From Amphiscolops sp. MND2022 (lineage: Eukaryota): 64,000 nt of DNA. Made by a program: the position numbers and the translations under genes. The first letter of the stretch is position 1; each line of letters begins with the position of its first letter. Of this stretch, positions 24,638-35,402 are shown piece by piece. The notes under the pieces are model-generated. The model ran no database searches and had not been told where the DNA came from. It was given only the letters and a program-made list of their open reading frames with translations. Location of the stretch: positions 11,160,001 to 11,224,000 of the forward strand of contig OZ076410.1 in NCBI GenBank assembly GCA_964187785.1, in the 5' to 3' direction.

Positions 24638-25739
24638 CCAACCCTACCCCACATATGGTTCCTGAGTTCCTCACTGGACGTCCCATGCAATCCTGTGAAC
24701 CCCTGCAACGTCAACATTCCAACAATAACGAGTCTCAGGATACAATCCCCCAGGTTTCTGAGACTACAACACCTACTACCGGTTCTGACCCCATTAACCG
24801 TCTAGCTGAAGTATTGGTTGGCATGAACAATCGTCCATCAGCACAAACGCTAATGGTACGACCTGTCAGCTCCACCACACTGACTTTTGACGGTAAATCT
24901 GAGAAATTTGAACTTTTCGAAGATCTGTTTCATACAATGATAAAAATGCAGCCTGATATGACCGAAGCAATGAAAATCAATCATTTTCATTCCTTGTTAC
25001 GAAAAAATGCCCTCCAAACTTTTCGTAATATTAACACGGCAAATAGGCAAACATTAGAGGACATCCTAGCAGTATTTCGTAGGAAATACGTCAAACTAGA
25101 GTCCCAGGCGACCGCCAAACACAAATGGCACAGATTGGTGTTTGATCCAAATACCATGAAACTGCCAGACTTCCTTGAGGAATTAAATCAAGGAGCCGAA
25201 AAAGCGTTTGGCGAGAACGCCCAGGCCATGATCGATAGTCTCCTCTACGCCAAGTTACCCCCAAAACTGAAACGCTCAGTCAATATGGCTAGACTAGAAA
25301 ATGCAACTTATGAGGAAATAGTTACTCATCTACAATGAGAATTAGAACTCAACGGACTTGAGGAGGGTGACGACATTCCAGTCCCAACAATGTCTACGGC
25401 CCCGACAGCAACACGACCGGGTACAGGCCTTCTTTCCTATGGAATCGACCCGGGAATTACTTGCAATTATTGCAAAAAACCAGGTCATACAAAGGACGAT
25501 TGCCGCAAACTGAAACGGAAAGAAGAACAAAAACGCAACGACGGCCAGAATACCAGAAAAGAGTATCCAAAGTGCCCGACTTGTGACAAAACGAATCACC
25601 CGGCGGAACGGTGTTGGAAATGCGCAGGAGCCCACCTCAAACCTAAAAACCTCAAACTAGAGGACTCCAAAACCGACGACCCGTCCACTAGTAATAATGA
25701 TGTCCAAAACAAACAAACAACCTCTATCCTGAAAAACCC

Positions 25740-25746
25740 AAAAAAC
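25740..25746 (+). promoter_or_regulatory. Probable -1 ribosomal frameshift heptamer A AAA AAC at the gag end
   Basis: Immediately precedes the gag TAG; the downstream pol ORF (25881) is in the -1 frame relative to gag. Confidence 0.7.
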
Positions 25747-25749
25747 TAG

Positions 25750-28700
25750 ATTTGCCACGACTCCAATTTAATACAAAACTTCGTGTCCGACAATACATAA
25801 TATCAGACCCTTCAAACATATGATATACTGAATATTATACCTCTCTTAAAGAAACATCATCAGCTGACTGGCAGCAGCAGATGAAGACTCCTCCTACTTC
25901 TCACACCACTCTGGACCCTATGTCCAACAGACTACAAAATGATACTTCGACTATACGTCTCATACCTCTTGTGGATGACTATAACCCATACTACCCGGAC
26001 CCGGACTATGGTTTTGATCCCTATTGGGACGCTAATTGCTACAATCAACATCATCTATACTTCTACCGTAATTTCCACAAACCAAATCACATCAGAGAAC
26101 CAGATTCTTATGAAATTGATCGAGCCTTGAATATGGTTCTTGTGAAAGCCAAAGTCGATCCATGGCAACATGACACACCACAGAGATCTCAAGTCACTCA
26201 GGCTGAGCCCGACGATGAATTTCACCGTGCGGGACCCCAGGTCTCACTGGCCACAGCAGTTGCTGCCCGTTTTGCGACCACCCTAATCACAAGAACAGGT
26301 GAACCAGACTATGTACCGCTGACAACTAATCTTGGCCTCAAATATAAGAGACGAATGCTCTATTTTCCGATGGATTTTGGCGAACATTAGATGGCCTTGT
26401 AGACACGGGAGCCCTATCTAGCGCAATCCCAGAAGCTGATCTACGTAAAATCCGATTACTAGCCCTTCAGTCGATTGTCAAAGAGGGCCCGGCTCCTGGA
26501 TTCCAAATTATGGTTGCTAATGGACAGCTGGAGACTCCAAAGAGCACTGTCGAACTGAAATTTGAAGTCGGCGATATTGAATTTTACGAAATATTCATAG
26601 TCATGGAAAAACTCACCAGTCCATTGATTGGTCTTTCGTTCCTTCAGAGGAACAACACCATTCTGGATATGCGACAAGGTGTCCTGAATTTCCCATTCTT
26701 CTCAATGCAGTTAAAAACTGCAGATCACAAATACACAAATGTCATGGAGCCCATTTGCATTAGGGAGGATGTAACCATCCCACCTAATGACCGACAATCG
26801 GTCCTACTGGCGACACAACTGTACGAGAACACTACAGTTACTGGGATCCTTCAACCGAGCAACAACCTTACGGAAGATGGCGATATTGCTTTCTGTGCTG
26901 CTCTAGTCACATTGACCAATGGTCAAGCTTCAGTTCATTTGAATAATTTTACGGACAGTCCTTACACCCTCAAAAGGGGCACACAAGTTGCTACGTTCAC
27001 TGTTCTCACGCCAGAACAAATGTAATATGTCAAACCTATCGACCCGGTAACCACATGGCACCTGTTACAGGACAACCCTGAAAACGCTGCTTACTATGCA
27101 AGTAGCTTGATCAAATCCACCAAACCTGAGGACTTCAAGGAAAACTATTGGTTCCCAACACCAGAGAACCCAGGAGATACTCAGAATCATACACCTATCC
27201 AGAAAAGAATTTTATCAGAGCTCGTCAATCTTCAGGAACTGGAAAAACTTAATCCTCAGGACGACCCTGAGTCCAGACGTCAATTCCTATCCAACTTTGA
27301 TTGGACTGACTCTATGCTCCAACCCGCTGAAATTGCCCGCATAGAGGACTTGCTTGTTGAATTTCACGATATCTTCGCTAGGCATCGCTTCGACATAGGC
27401 ATGAACGAAGACTTCAAGGTCAAATTAACCCCGAAAGATGACTCCCCGGCCTATAGTCAAAGTTTGCCAACTCCAATCAATCTCAAGGAGGACATCCTTG
27501 TGGAATTGGCCTTACTCCACCGATATGGGATAATTACAACTCTACCATTCTCCAAATACGCCAGTCCCATTTTCGCACAAAAGAAACCCAATGGCAAATT
27601 GAGACTTCTAGTCGATTTGCGCAAAATTAACAACCTGATTTCGGATGACTATATTAACAACAATCATCCAGTGAGTACACTTTCTGATGCAGCCCAACAT
27701 ATGGCCGGAAAGAAGCTATTCTGTAAACTGGATTGCTCGCAAGCTTACCACTGTCTACAAATGGCTGACCAAAGGTCTATCGAAATGCTTGCCTTCAACT
27801 TCGCCAGCAGAACCTTTGCGTACAGAAGGCTAGCACAAGGACTTAGCAGAGCCCTATCGGCCTTTTCTAGCTTCATGCGCGAATATTTGGACAAAGTCAT
27901 CAAAGCCGACCAATGTGCCCAATATGTTGATGATATCGGAATAGCTGCTAATGATGCCGAACACTTTATCAAAAACCTTAGGGCCACATTTCAATGCATC
28001 CAAAAAGCCGGACTGAAACTTACAATGCATAAATGTCACTTTGGCGCAACCGAAATTGATTTCCTGGGTCGCACTATCACCCCGGCGGGAGTGAAGCCAC
28101 AACGACCACGGGTCCAAAATTTTCTGGAAAATACGAAATTTCCAAAATCAAAGAAAGCACTTCAGCGTTACTTGGGGTTCCTGAACTATTACAGGAACTA
28201 CATCCCAAGGCTATCAGAAAAACTAACACCGTTTTTCAAATTGCTTACGAAGGATGAAAAGGTCCTGGTCACACCGGACCTCCTGGAGAAATTCACCGAG
28301 ATAAGTAAGGCTCTTGATCGATGTTGTGAATTGGCACTCAAACAACCCCTTCCGAACAAGCAAATAGCACTTATGACTGACGCTAGCTTTTCGGCCGCAG
28401 GGTACGCAGTCCTCATCGAAGACGATCCCCACGAGAAATATACATCTACGAGGAAAGCCTTCGCACCAGTAGCTTATGGATCCAAGACCTTTAGTCCTAC
28501 CCAATTGAAAATGTCCATCTATGCAAAGGAATTCTTGGCCATTTTCTTTGCCTTCAAGGAATTTGGGCATATATTTTGGGGAACTCCAAAACCGGTGATA
28601 ATACTTACGGACAACAAATCAGTCACACGATTTTTTCAGACAAAAATTATTCCACCAACACTATGGAACGCATGTGACTATGTTATTCAGTTTAATTTCA

Positions 28701-30762
28701 CAATTGCCCATATACCAGGCAAAAACAACACCGCCGCAGACTATCTGTCCCGGCTCGAAACCTCTCCAAAAGAAAAATTGATCCTCAGGATACGAGAAGA
28801 TATCCCAACAACACCGATTGAACTACATGTCCAATCGGCGGGAGTGTCGGAAGAGGAACAAATTTTCTACACGGAGGATGACGACGAGACAGAAGAACAA
28901 ATTCTACAACGCAAAAAGGACGCAAGACACGATCCAGCAAATCAACTACCAGATATCTCATTCGAAAAATTCACTACACATAAAAGCGATTATCACAAAC
29001 TAACAACAATTCAAAAATTATCTTATACAAACACTATCGCAATCGAACAGAACAACGACGTCATCTTACAGCAATTGCGCCTTAAAATTCTGAAAGAAAA
29101 CTACTCCGAGACCATATTAATGCAAGACAATCGATACCAACATTACTGTCGCCAAATGGACCGGCTGTCTGTCATGGATGAAATTATCACTAGACAGTAT
29201 TTTGATGAAACAGGCTCTGTTAAATACAATCAAGTACTCTTACCTAAGCACTTAATTACAGAACTACTTGAATCTTTACACGGGAAAGCAAATAAACACC
29301 CGGGAATATCAAAAATGCTTATTGAAATTCGACAAAAATATTACTACCCTGGAATTGCGAAAATTGTTAAAAAATGGGTTCAGGGATGTGAAACTTGTAT
29401 CAAGGACAAAAGAATTCCAAATGCCTCTATCACCCCTGAACTCCTTAATTTGCCTGAATGGGACCTTGGACCAGAGGATGCAATGCAAATTGATCTGTTA
29501 CCAAATTTACCACCAAGTGGCGGATACGAAAATATCATCACCGCACTGGACGTGTTTTCAAGATATCTTTTTGCATATCCAGTCACGGATGCTTCGGCCA
29601 CAAATACGGCAAAAGTCATCATAGACATTATGACTAAACACACTTACCTGCCTACTACTTTGATTACTGACAAAGGTTCGGCCTTTACGTCCAAGCTAGT
29701 GGCTGAAATTGCTCAAATCTTGGGAATCCAAATAAAATGCGCAACTACAAAACACCCACAGACGATTGGTAAATTAGAAAGAACACATGCTAGTCTCAAA
29801 ACGAACCTCAAAATGGCCTCAGGGGACTACAGGCGACAGTGGCATAAATATCTGCCGTTAGCCGTATTGAACTACAATACAACTTATCATGCCACCCTGG
29901 GATGTGAACCATCTAGAATTTTCCACGGACGGATCCCATATAACATATTGGATCACAAATTGGGCCTTAATCCTATCCCTAAAGTCCTACCGACTACGGA
30001 TTTTGCAGACGAATTTCAGCGACGCACGCAAATATTACTAGATTCCACGAAGAAAAACATCATGCAGTCATATTTGAAGTACGAAGAATACTATGACCGG
30101 AAGGCCAAAGCGGCTCCTTTGAAACAGAATGACTATTGTTTTATACTACAACCTATTGCTGATTAGTTAGAAAACTCAATTCCAACAAAACGCAACTCCT
30201 ACACCGCATCAGGCTGCGCAAATATGAACCGAACACCGTCTTACAGGACATCAGACCGGAAGGCAATTTGCACCCGGACGACGAAATTATTATACCGCAA
30301 GACGATTTATATGTCATTACCTGGGAAACAAATTTTGGAGAATTTCGCAATTCCGCTGATACACATGCAATTCCCATGTGCCAAGATGACCTAGACAATT
30401 CTAGTAACTTTGACAATGATACCGCAACGCAAGACGAGATTTTCACCGACGTGGACCTTACGTCCATCGGGCCCACCATGAAAAGGGTGCCAGGGCCCCC
30501 GATAACAATTTCACCAGCGAGGACCTTGAGTCCCCCGGGCTACACGAAAATGACAATTTTGATATGATTCAAGAAACCTGCTCAGATCGCTTAAATGAAC
30601 AAATTGATGATCCTGAATCATAAGGAGGGAGCGATACTATCGTGCCCGAAGTATTAGACGATGAAAATGATGATGTGCTAGTAGACAATAAAAGTCCTAG
30701 GGGAGGAAAATACAACCTTCGTCCTAACCCCACCCCCAACTTCACTGATGAATACAGATACT
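25750..30762 (+). pseudogene. Element A pol: protease, RT, RNase H, integrase (disrupted)
   Basis: LVDTGALSS (~26400, after a frameshift at ~26385); stop at 27023-27025; RT (LRLLVDLRK, KLDCSQAY, YVDD); RNase H (TDAS, ELL/EFL region); IN HHCC and D,D35E (QIDL, ITDKG, KLER); deletion at ~30160; tail ends KYNLRPNPTPNFTDEYRY*. Confidence 0.95.
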
Positions 30763-30919
30763 AGACAAACTCTAAATTATCGCCCCTTTTTGAATAAATA
30801 CTTTAGCAGGGACTGAACTAACTTGCGAACTAAAGACATAATACGAATAATGAGAACGAATAAACAAAACGAAATATATACAAAAGAAAGACTACTGCAC
30901 ATGTATACATACAGTACAA

Positions 30920-32058
30920 TTATAGTTTAGATGTGCTTCCACTCGAATCACAAGACTTGGAAATTGGTGCCTCATCGGCCTCAGTAGCACTACGTTGGGA
31001 AGAGGGCTTGCCAGGGGATATACGGACCACCTTTGGAGATTTGCCTGAAGTAGACCGACCAGTCCCAGACACGGATGATATTCTTAGGCTAGAACTTAGG
31101 GTCTCTCTAATCTGTTGCCGACCAAAATGGTTGAAGCTGTCCCAAGGACTGTAGGTGCTTTCCAGACCAGTACCACCAAAGGTCGGCTCCAGATGTAGGA
31201 ATCGAGAAATGGAAGCTTCAGATGTGAGAGCGTCAAGTCCACGGGAAACGCTGCCGAGAAACGACTGTATGGGTGCCACAACATCAAACATGCTGCAAGT
31301 AGGATCATCGGTCCTCGCGGAATCAAATCGGACACCAGGGAAACTGAACCTGGGTTCGTCCAAGCAAAGGCAACAAAGGCGAAAGATTCTCGTGAGGCGA
31401 CGTCTGGTTTTGAGTGCCTCTTGACTTGATATGAATGTGGTAGCATCGGCAATAAGTAATTTCGGCTGCTGGACACCGGGATGGAGACGACGTAATTCAT
31501 CGATGAATGAAAGGTATTCTTCTGTGTACACTGGCTCTTCTCCTGGGTCCACGACCCCACGGAGCCTAAAACTGGAAAAAAGCTGCTTGAAACAATACAT
31601 GGCTTGTTCCACCGGGTCCACGAGAAGAACCTCCAGGTCAAAAGAGCCAAGCCCGCGCACAATATCGGAAGTGAAACGGTTGAGCTTCTGAGTGGCTCCA
31701 ACTAAATAAGCCACATACCCCCGGGCAGACCTACCGAACTCCTCACGATTGTTAGCAGTGATTTCTTCAAGGCTCAAGTTTTTGTTGTCCCCTTCATTGC
31801 GCTCTTTTTCGGCCTTTTGTTTGCAACCAATATCGAGACGGTGTCCGAGTTTGGAGCGGGTTATGAAGTCGTCTACCACCAGGGCTTTGGCTTCGGGGAA
31901 AGAGAATTGCAAAATACCATGATTGTCGTTGTCAGCAGGCAGACTACTAGGACGGATGCACCTGCGGGCAAGTTTGAAGAGGAATTGGCACAATTCCTTG
32001 TAAACGTGGAAACCTCTGTCCCGGCGCGACTTCAAGTTCAGTGTAAAACTGTTGGTGT
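30920..32058 (-). CDS. Antisense accessory gene, last exon (phase 1 entry; ~378 aa to TAA)
   Basis: The acceptor TTCCTTTTTAG at 32059 puts the preceding exon in frame with the 420-aa ORF. Confidence 0.8.
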
Positions 32059-32128
32059 CTAAAAAGGAATACATTGCGAAAAGCCCGATTATCACAGGAA
32101 TGAACAAACCGTCAAAAAACCCACTTAC

Positions 32129-32210
32129 AATCCTGGACCAGCCGGTAAAAAAGCTCAAGTCGGCTAGGGAAAAGGCAGTCATACACGATCGACCACTCCA
32201 GGTTCTGCGG
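32129..32210 (-). CDS. Antisense accessory gene, 82-nt exon (PQNLEWSIVYDCLFPSRLELFYRLVQD)
   Basis: Flanked by TTGTTCTAG (32211) and GTAAGT (32128); phases 0 and 1 are compatible with both neighbouring exons. Confidence 0.78.
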
Positions 32211-32281
32211 CTAGAACAATGGGAAACTTATGCACATATGGACTTGCGGTACCAGAAGCCACAAAGAAGTAGGATACTTAC

Positions 32282-32416
32282 TTGTCTTCGGACTCCTTGG
32301 TACTCTTGTGTCGGCGCATTCTTGCTCAAGTAAGAGTGGACTTTAGACCAATTGTCGAGGAGTTCTCTACACAAAGCAGGCAGTCCACAGATGTCCAACT
32401 GGCAAGTACGGATGGC
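32282..32416 (-). CDS. Antisense accessory gene, 135-nt exon (AIRTCQLDICGLPALCRELLDNW..VRRQ); may instead start at 32500 with one in-frame TAG
   Basis: Acceptor CTAAC..GTTTTAG at 32417 (alternative GAATAG at 32501); donor GTAAGT at 32281; phase 0 on both sides. Confidence 0.7.
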
Positions 32417-32548
32417 CTAAAACATGGCAATGGAAGTGTTAGGTCCATTGATTTCAGTCGATAACTTAGTGCATAGCTGCAGTGCTAACGTGTATCGCAA
32501 CTATTCAAAACTAAAGCTTAAGAACAGGGAGAATTAAGATCAGCATAC

Positions 32549-33034
32549 CCTTGATAATTCTGGCGAGAGCAGCACCCAACCCAGCTCCAGAAATCCTCCC
32601 AATGAAACCACAAGGTAACGCAGAGTGGAGAAGAAGTCCACACGCCCGAAAACACTCTGGCTCTTTCGGTGCATTAGTTGTGGCAATGACAATTCTTCAA
32701 ATCTGGAGGGACTTTGGACGCTGAAGGAACTGTACGGACTTAGATCCATCAATTGAATTGTCCTCATACTACAGCCAGTGCAGCTGATGAGTTTGGGAGT
32801 GGTGGAAATTGCCGCCATGATGTATGCAATCAGACAAATTTCGGCATCGGTCTGTCCTTGCAGCCTGCTGGTCCGTTTCAGTAAGACACGGCAAAGTTCG
32901 TCTTGGTACCAGAAGCGGACAAAAGCAAGCATGAAGACCCCATCACTCGCAAACTCCACGGCATATTCACCATTCGCGTTGATCTGGGCCGCTATGTGGT
33001 TGACGAGTTCACAAAACATGTGATGGAACAAAAC
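32549..33034 (-). CDS. Antisense accessory gene, 486-nt exon
   Basis: Acceptor TTTCATTGTTTAG at 33035 and donor GTATGC at 32548; exactly 162 codons. Confidence 0.78.
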
Positions 33035-33126
33035 CTAAACAATGAAACAATTTTGCGATCTAACCTGCTAGAACATCAGTTTAGTCAAAGTCATGGTACT
33101 TGGAATGGTTTTACGGGAAGACTTAC

Positions 33127-33678
33127 AGTCAATCGCTCTCGGCCCCAGTTGAAATCGGTGAAAAGAGCCTGGTGGTTCACTATGACTCCCACGTCATTCC
33201 AGAAAGCCTTTAACACTTCCAGGTCGCCATAATGTGTTAGGAATCGTCCAAGAACAGACAGTTGGATTCGTGCCCTGTTGTCCGACGAGGAAGCCATGTA
33301 GTCCGTACCCGACATATACTCCTCATAGAATGGGAGTTTCTGCCCGATCTCAACCAACACTTCGTGCCTGAATTTAGGAAGCTCCAATTCCAATTGATAG
33401 GGAGTCAAGGTCTTTCCATCTTTTCCTCTGACCTGATGTATTTTGGCCTTGGTGACTGGATCCACTTTATACAGGTGTTCGTACCTCCACCTCTGATCCT
33501 TGCGGAGATGTTTCTCGGTGGAGTGATGTCGAAGGATCTCCCTTGCCCCTTTTCCGTAAATCGATACGTTGGACTTACAAATCTGGCAGTAGAACTTGTA
33601 CGGGTTCCAACGTGTGTCTACTGGTCCAGATACGAAGGTGCGGTTCCAGTCGAGGGAACGGGAACAATCACCGGGGAC
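33127..33678 (-). CDS. Antisense accessory gene, zinc-finger exon (FYCQICKSNVSIYGKGAREILRHHSTEKH)
   Basis: Open for 184 codons in the frame of ORF 33091-33465; ends at a phase-0 GTAAGT (33126); CxxC..H..H at 33588-33508. Confidence 0.78.
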
Positions 33679-34250
33679 TCAGACAATTTTGGTCTTTCAG
33701 TTTCTGGTGGTAAATTGGGGGAAGAACTTAGTTGGATTGGCTCACTGACGCTACATTTCGCCTGTCGACCACTGGGTCCGGGTTCGCCTTCTACCTCAGC
33801 TCGTGTTTCAAGTTTACGGGTGAGATAGGCCTGTATGCTTTCTCCGGAACTGCTCCCATCCGTTCCAAGCAAATTAAGCAATGAGGGAGAGTAGTCAGGT
33901 GACTGTAGTCCCGGGGCACCAGTGTCCATTTCGGTCATGGCAGCAGGGGACAATCCACCTCCCGTTCCTTGAGTACCCGAAGCCTGGGAAGACCCTTCTT
34001 CAATTATCTCTATAGCAGTAGGCAGCACATTTACAAGAGGCAGTTGGCCAGAAGCTTGGGGAATTGGGGCATCTGAGCTTCTCTCCACCCCATGACCAAG
34101 GGTCTCATTGGCCGCCGCGTCTTCAGTGATTCCAGTACCACTGCTCATGTTGTTACTCTCAGCAGCTGTTTGGTTTGGTTGGCCGTTTGGTTCCTTTTCT
34201 AAATAGAAAGGAATAAATTCGCGCGGTTCACTTCCTGCATAAGAATCCAT
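33618..34250 (-). CDS. Low-complexity S/G/E/P-rich ORF; probable N-terminus of the antisense gene, joined by a frameshift or a small intron
   Basis: Good ATG context (CTAGATGG); overlaps the zinc-finger frame by ~60 nt in a different frame. Confidence 0.55.
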   Translation of the reverse strand: MDSYAGSEPREFIPFYLEKEPNGQPNQTAAESNNMSSGTGITEDAAANETLGHGVERSSDAPIPQASGQLPLVNVLPTAIEIIEEGSSQASGTQGTGGGLSPAAMTEMDTGAPGLQSPDYSPSLLNLLGTDGSSSGESIQAYLTRKLETRAEVEGEPGPSGRQAKCSVSEPIQLSSSPNLPPETERPKLSESPVIVPVPSTGTAPSYLDQ

Positions 34251-35402
34251 CTAGCCGCTTTTGAAAATCTTCCGGAAGTAAAGTTCATTTCATTCAACCC
34301 AATGTGAAAACATTTCATGATGGAGGAAGTAAAGTAGTCAAGCCTAAACCCTGATCAAGTTTAGTCAAGACAAATTAAAAGAACCAACCTGATGCAATTT
34401 CCATGACGGGGAAGCAGAATTCTTTTACTCCAAAATCGGCTGATTGGGGGTACAATTCCGAGGGAGGGACAGTGAGATTCTGGAAGACTCCTTTAGAAGA
34501 TTGACGGCTGTGAGTTTAGCTGTTACTGTAGCCAATGCGACTTAAAGTCCATGCCTCGCGTTGGGGAATTGGATACTCAATGGGATAATTAAGCAATTCA
34601 AGTATTGAATGAGAAAAGGAGTGAAGAATACTGGATCACAGACACAGAAAGTGAATTATTGTATAATACTAATACTTGTACTTTTCAACTTTACTAGACT
34701 TACAGTCAAGTTACGCAATATCTTAAGCCTCGAACACTATCAATTACTTATTATCTTACTTGGACGTCGTGGTCTACTGACTACTTCTTTCATTTATAAT
34801 TATATACCAATTATGCCATATTCCCTTATTACATTTAGTCAATTATAATCCCTTTTAGCATGGATTGAGACTGCCAGTGATATTCATGTCTTTATTCAAT
34901 TATGGAAATCATTTCTCCGTTTAGAGCAGTATTAGTTTAGAAAATCGTCAGTTTCATTCATTTTTCATCCATTTTCATCATTCATTTATCAACGACACCT
35001 CATTGGCTACTTAACTTGATGTAGCCGAGCGGACCGAAGGTCTTTGATGGTGGATTTATTTACTGACGGTTAACTTGAGTTAACACTTATTACACCTTTT
35101 CACTACTATCAAGTAGTTGTGCAAACAACTACAAGGCCCTTCATAGACCAATTAACAAGAAGTTTACCTTACTTATGATTTCTGGAACTTCGGCAAAATC
35201 TACTTATATGGAATGTTTAGTAAAGATTTAGGGAAGATCAGAAAACCGTTTCCCCGCCAGGAAACCCCGCGAAAATGAGAAGACCGGCAGTCCAAGTAGC
35301 TAGAAGAGAAATCATTCATCACAATTTGAAAAGTGCAAATCAGTTGAATAAAGAAACCTCAGAATTGCGAAGAAAATCTTTCTTAGTAGATTTCGAAATA
35401 AG

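Larger units (their letters stand above)
23983..25749 (+). pseudogene. Element A gag (one premature TGA at 25336-25338), two CCHC knuckles
   Basis: Capsid-like region (FDGKSEKFELFEDLF..KYVK..QATAKHKW); the same frame resumes after the stop; CNYCKKPGHTKDDC and CPTCDKTNHPAERC. Confidence 0.92.

Noticed and set aside
32059-32182. Hydrophobic N-terminus of the 420-aa ORF as an env-like signal or transmembrane segment
   Set aside because: It is antisense to pol, and the hydrophobic stretch coincides with the predicted 70-nt T-rich intron and an off-frame exon.
33573-33578. GTAAGT inside the zinc finger as a splice donor
   Set aside because: Using it would split the CxxC..H..H motif, and the frame is already open through it.
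33262-33828. 188-aa plus-strand ORF and other plus-strand ORFs over 30933-33232
   Set aside because: Shadow frames of the antisense gene with no recognisable motifs.
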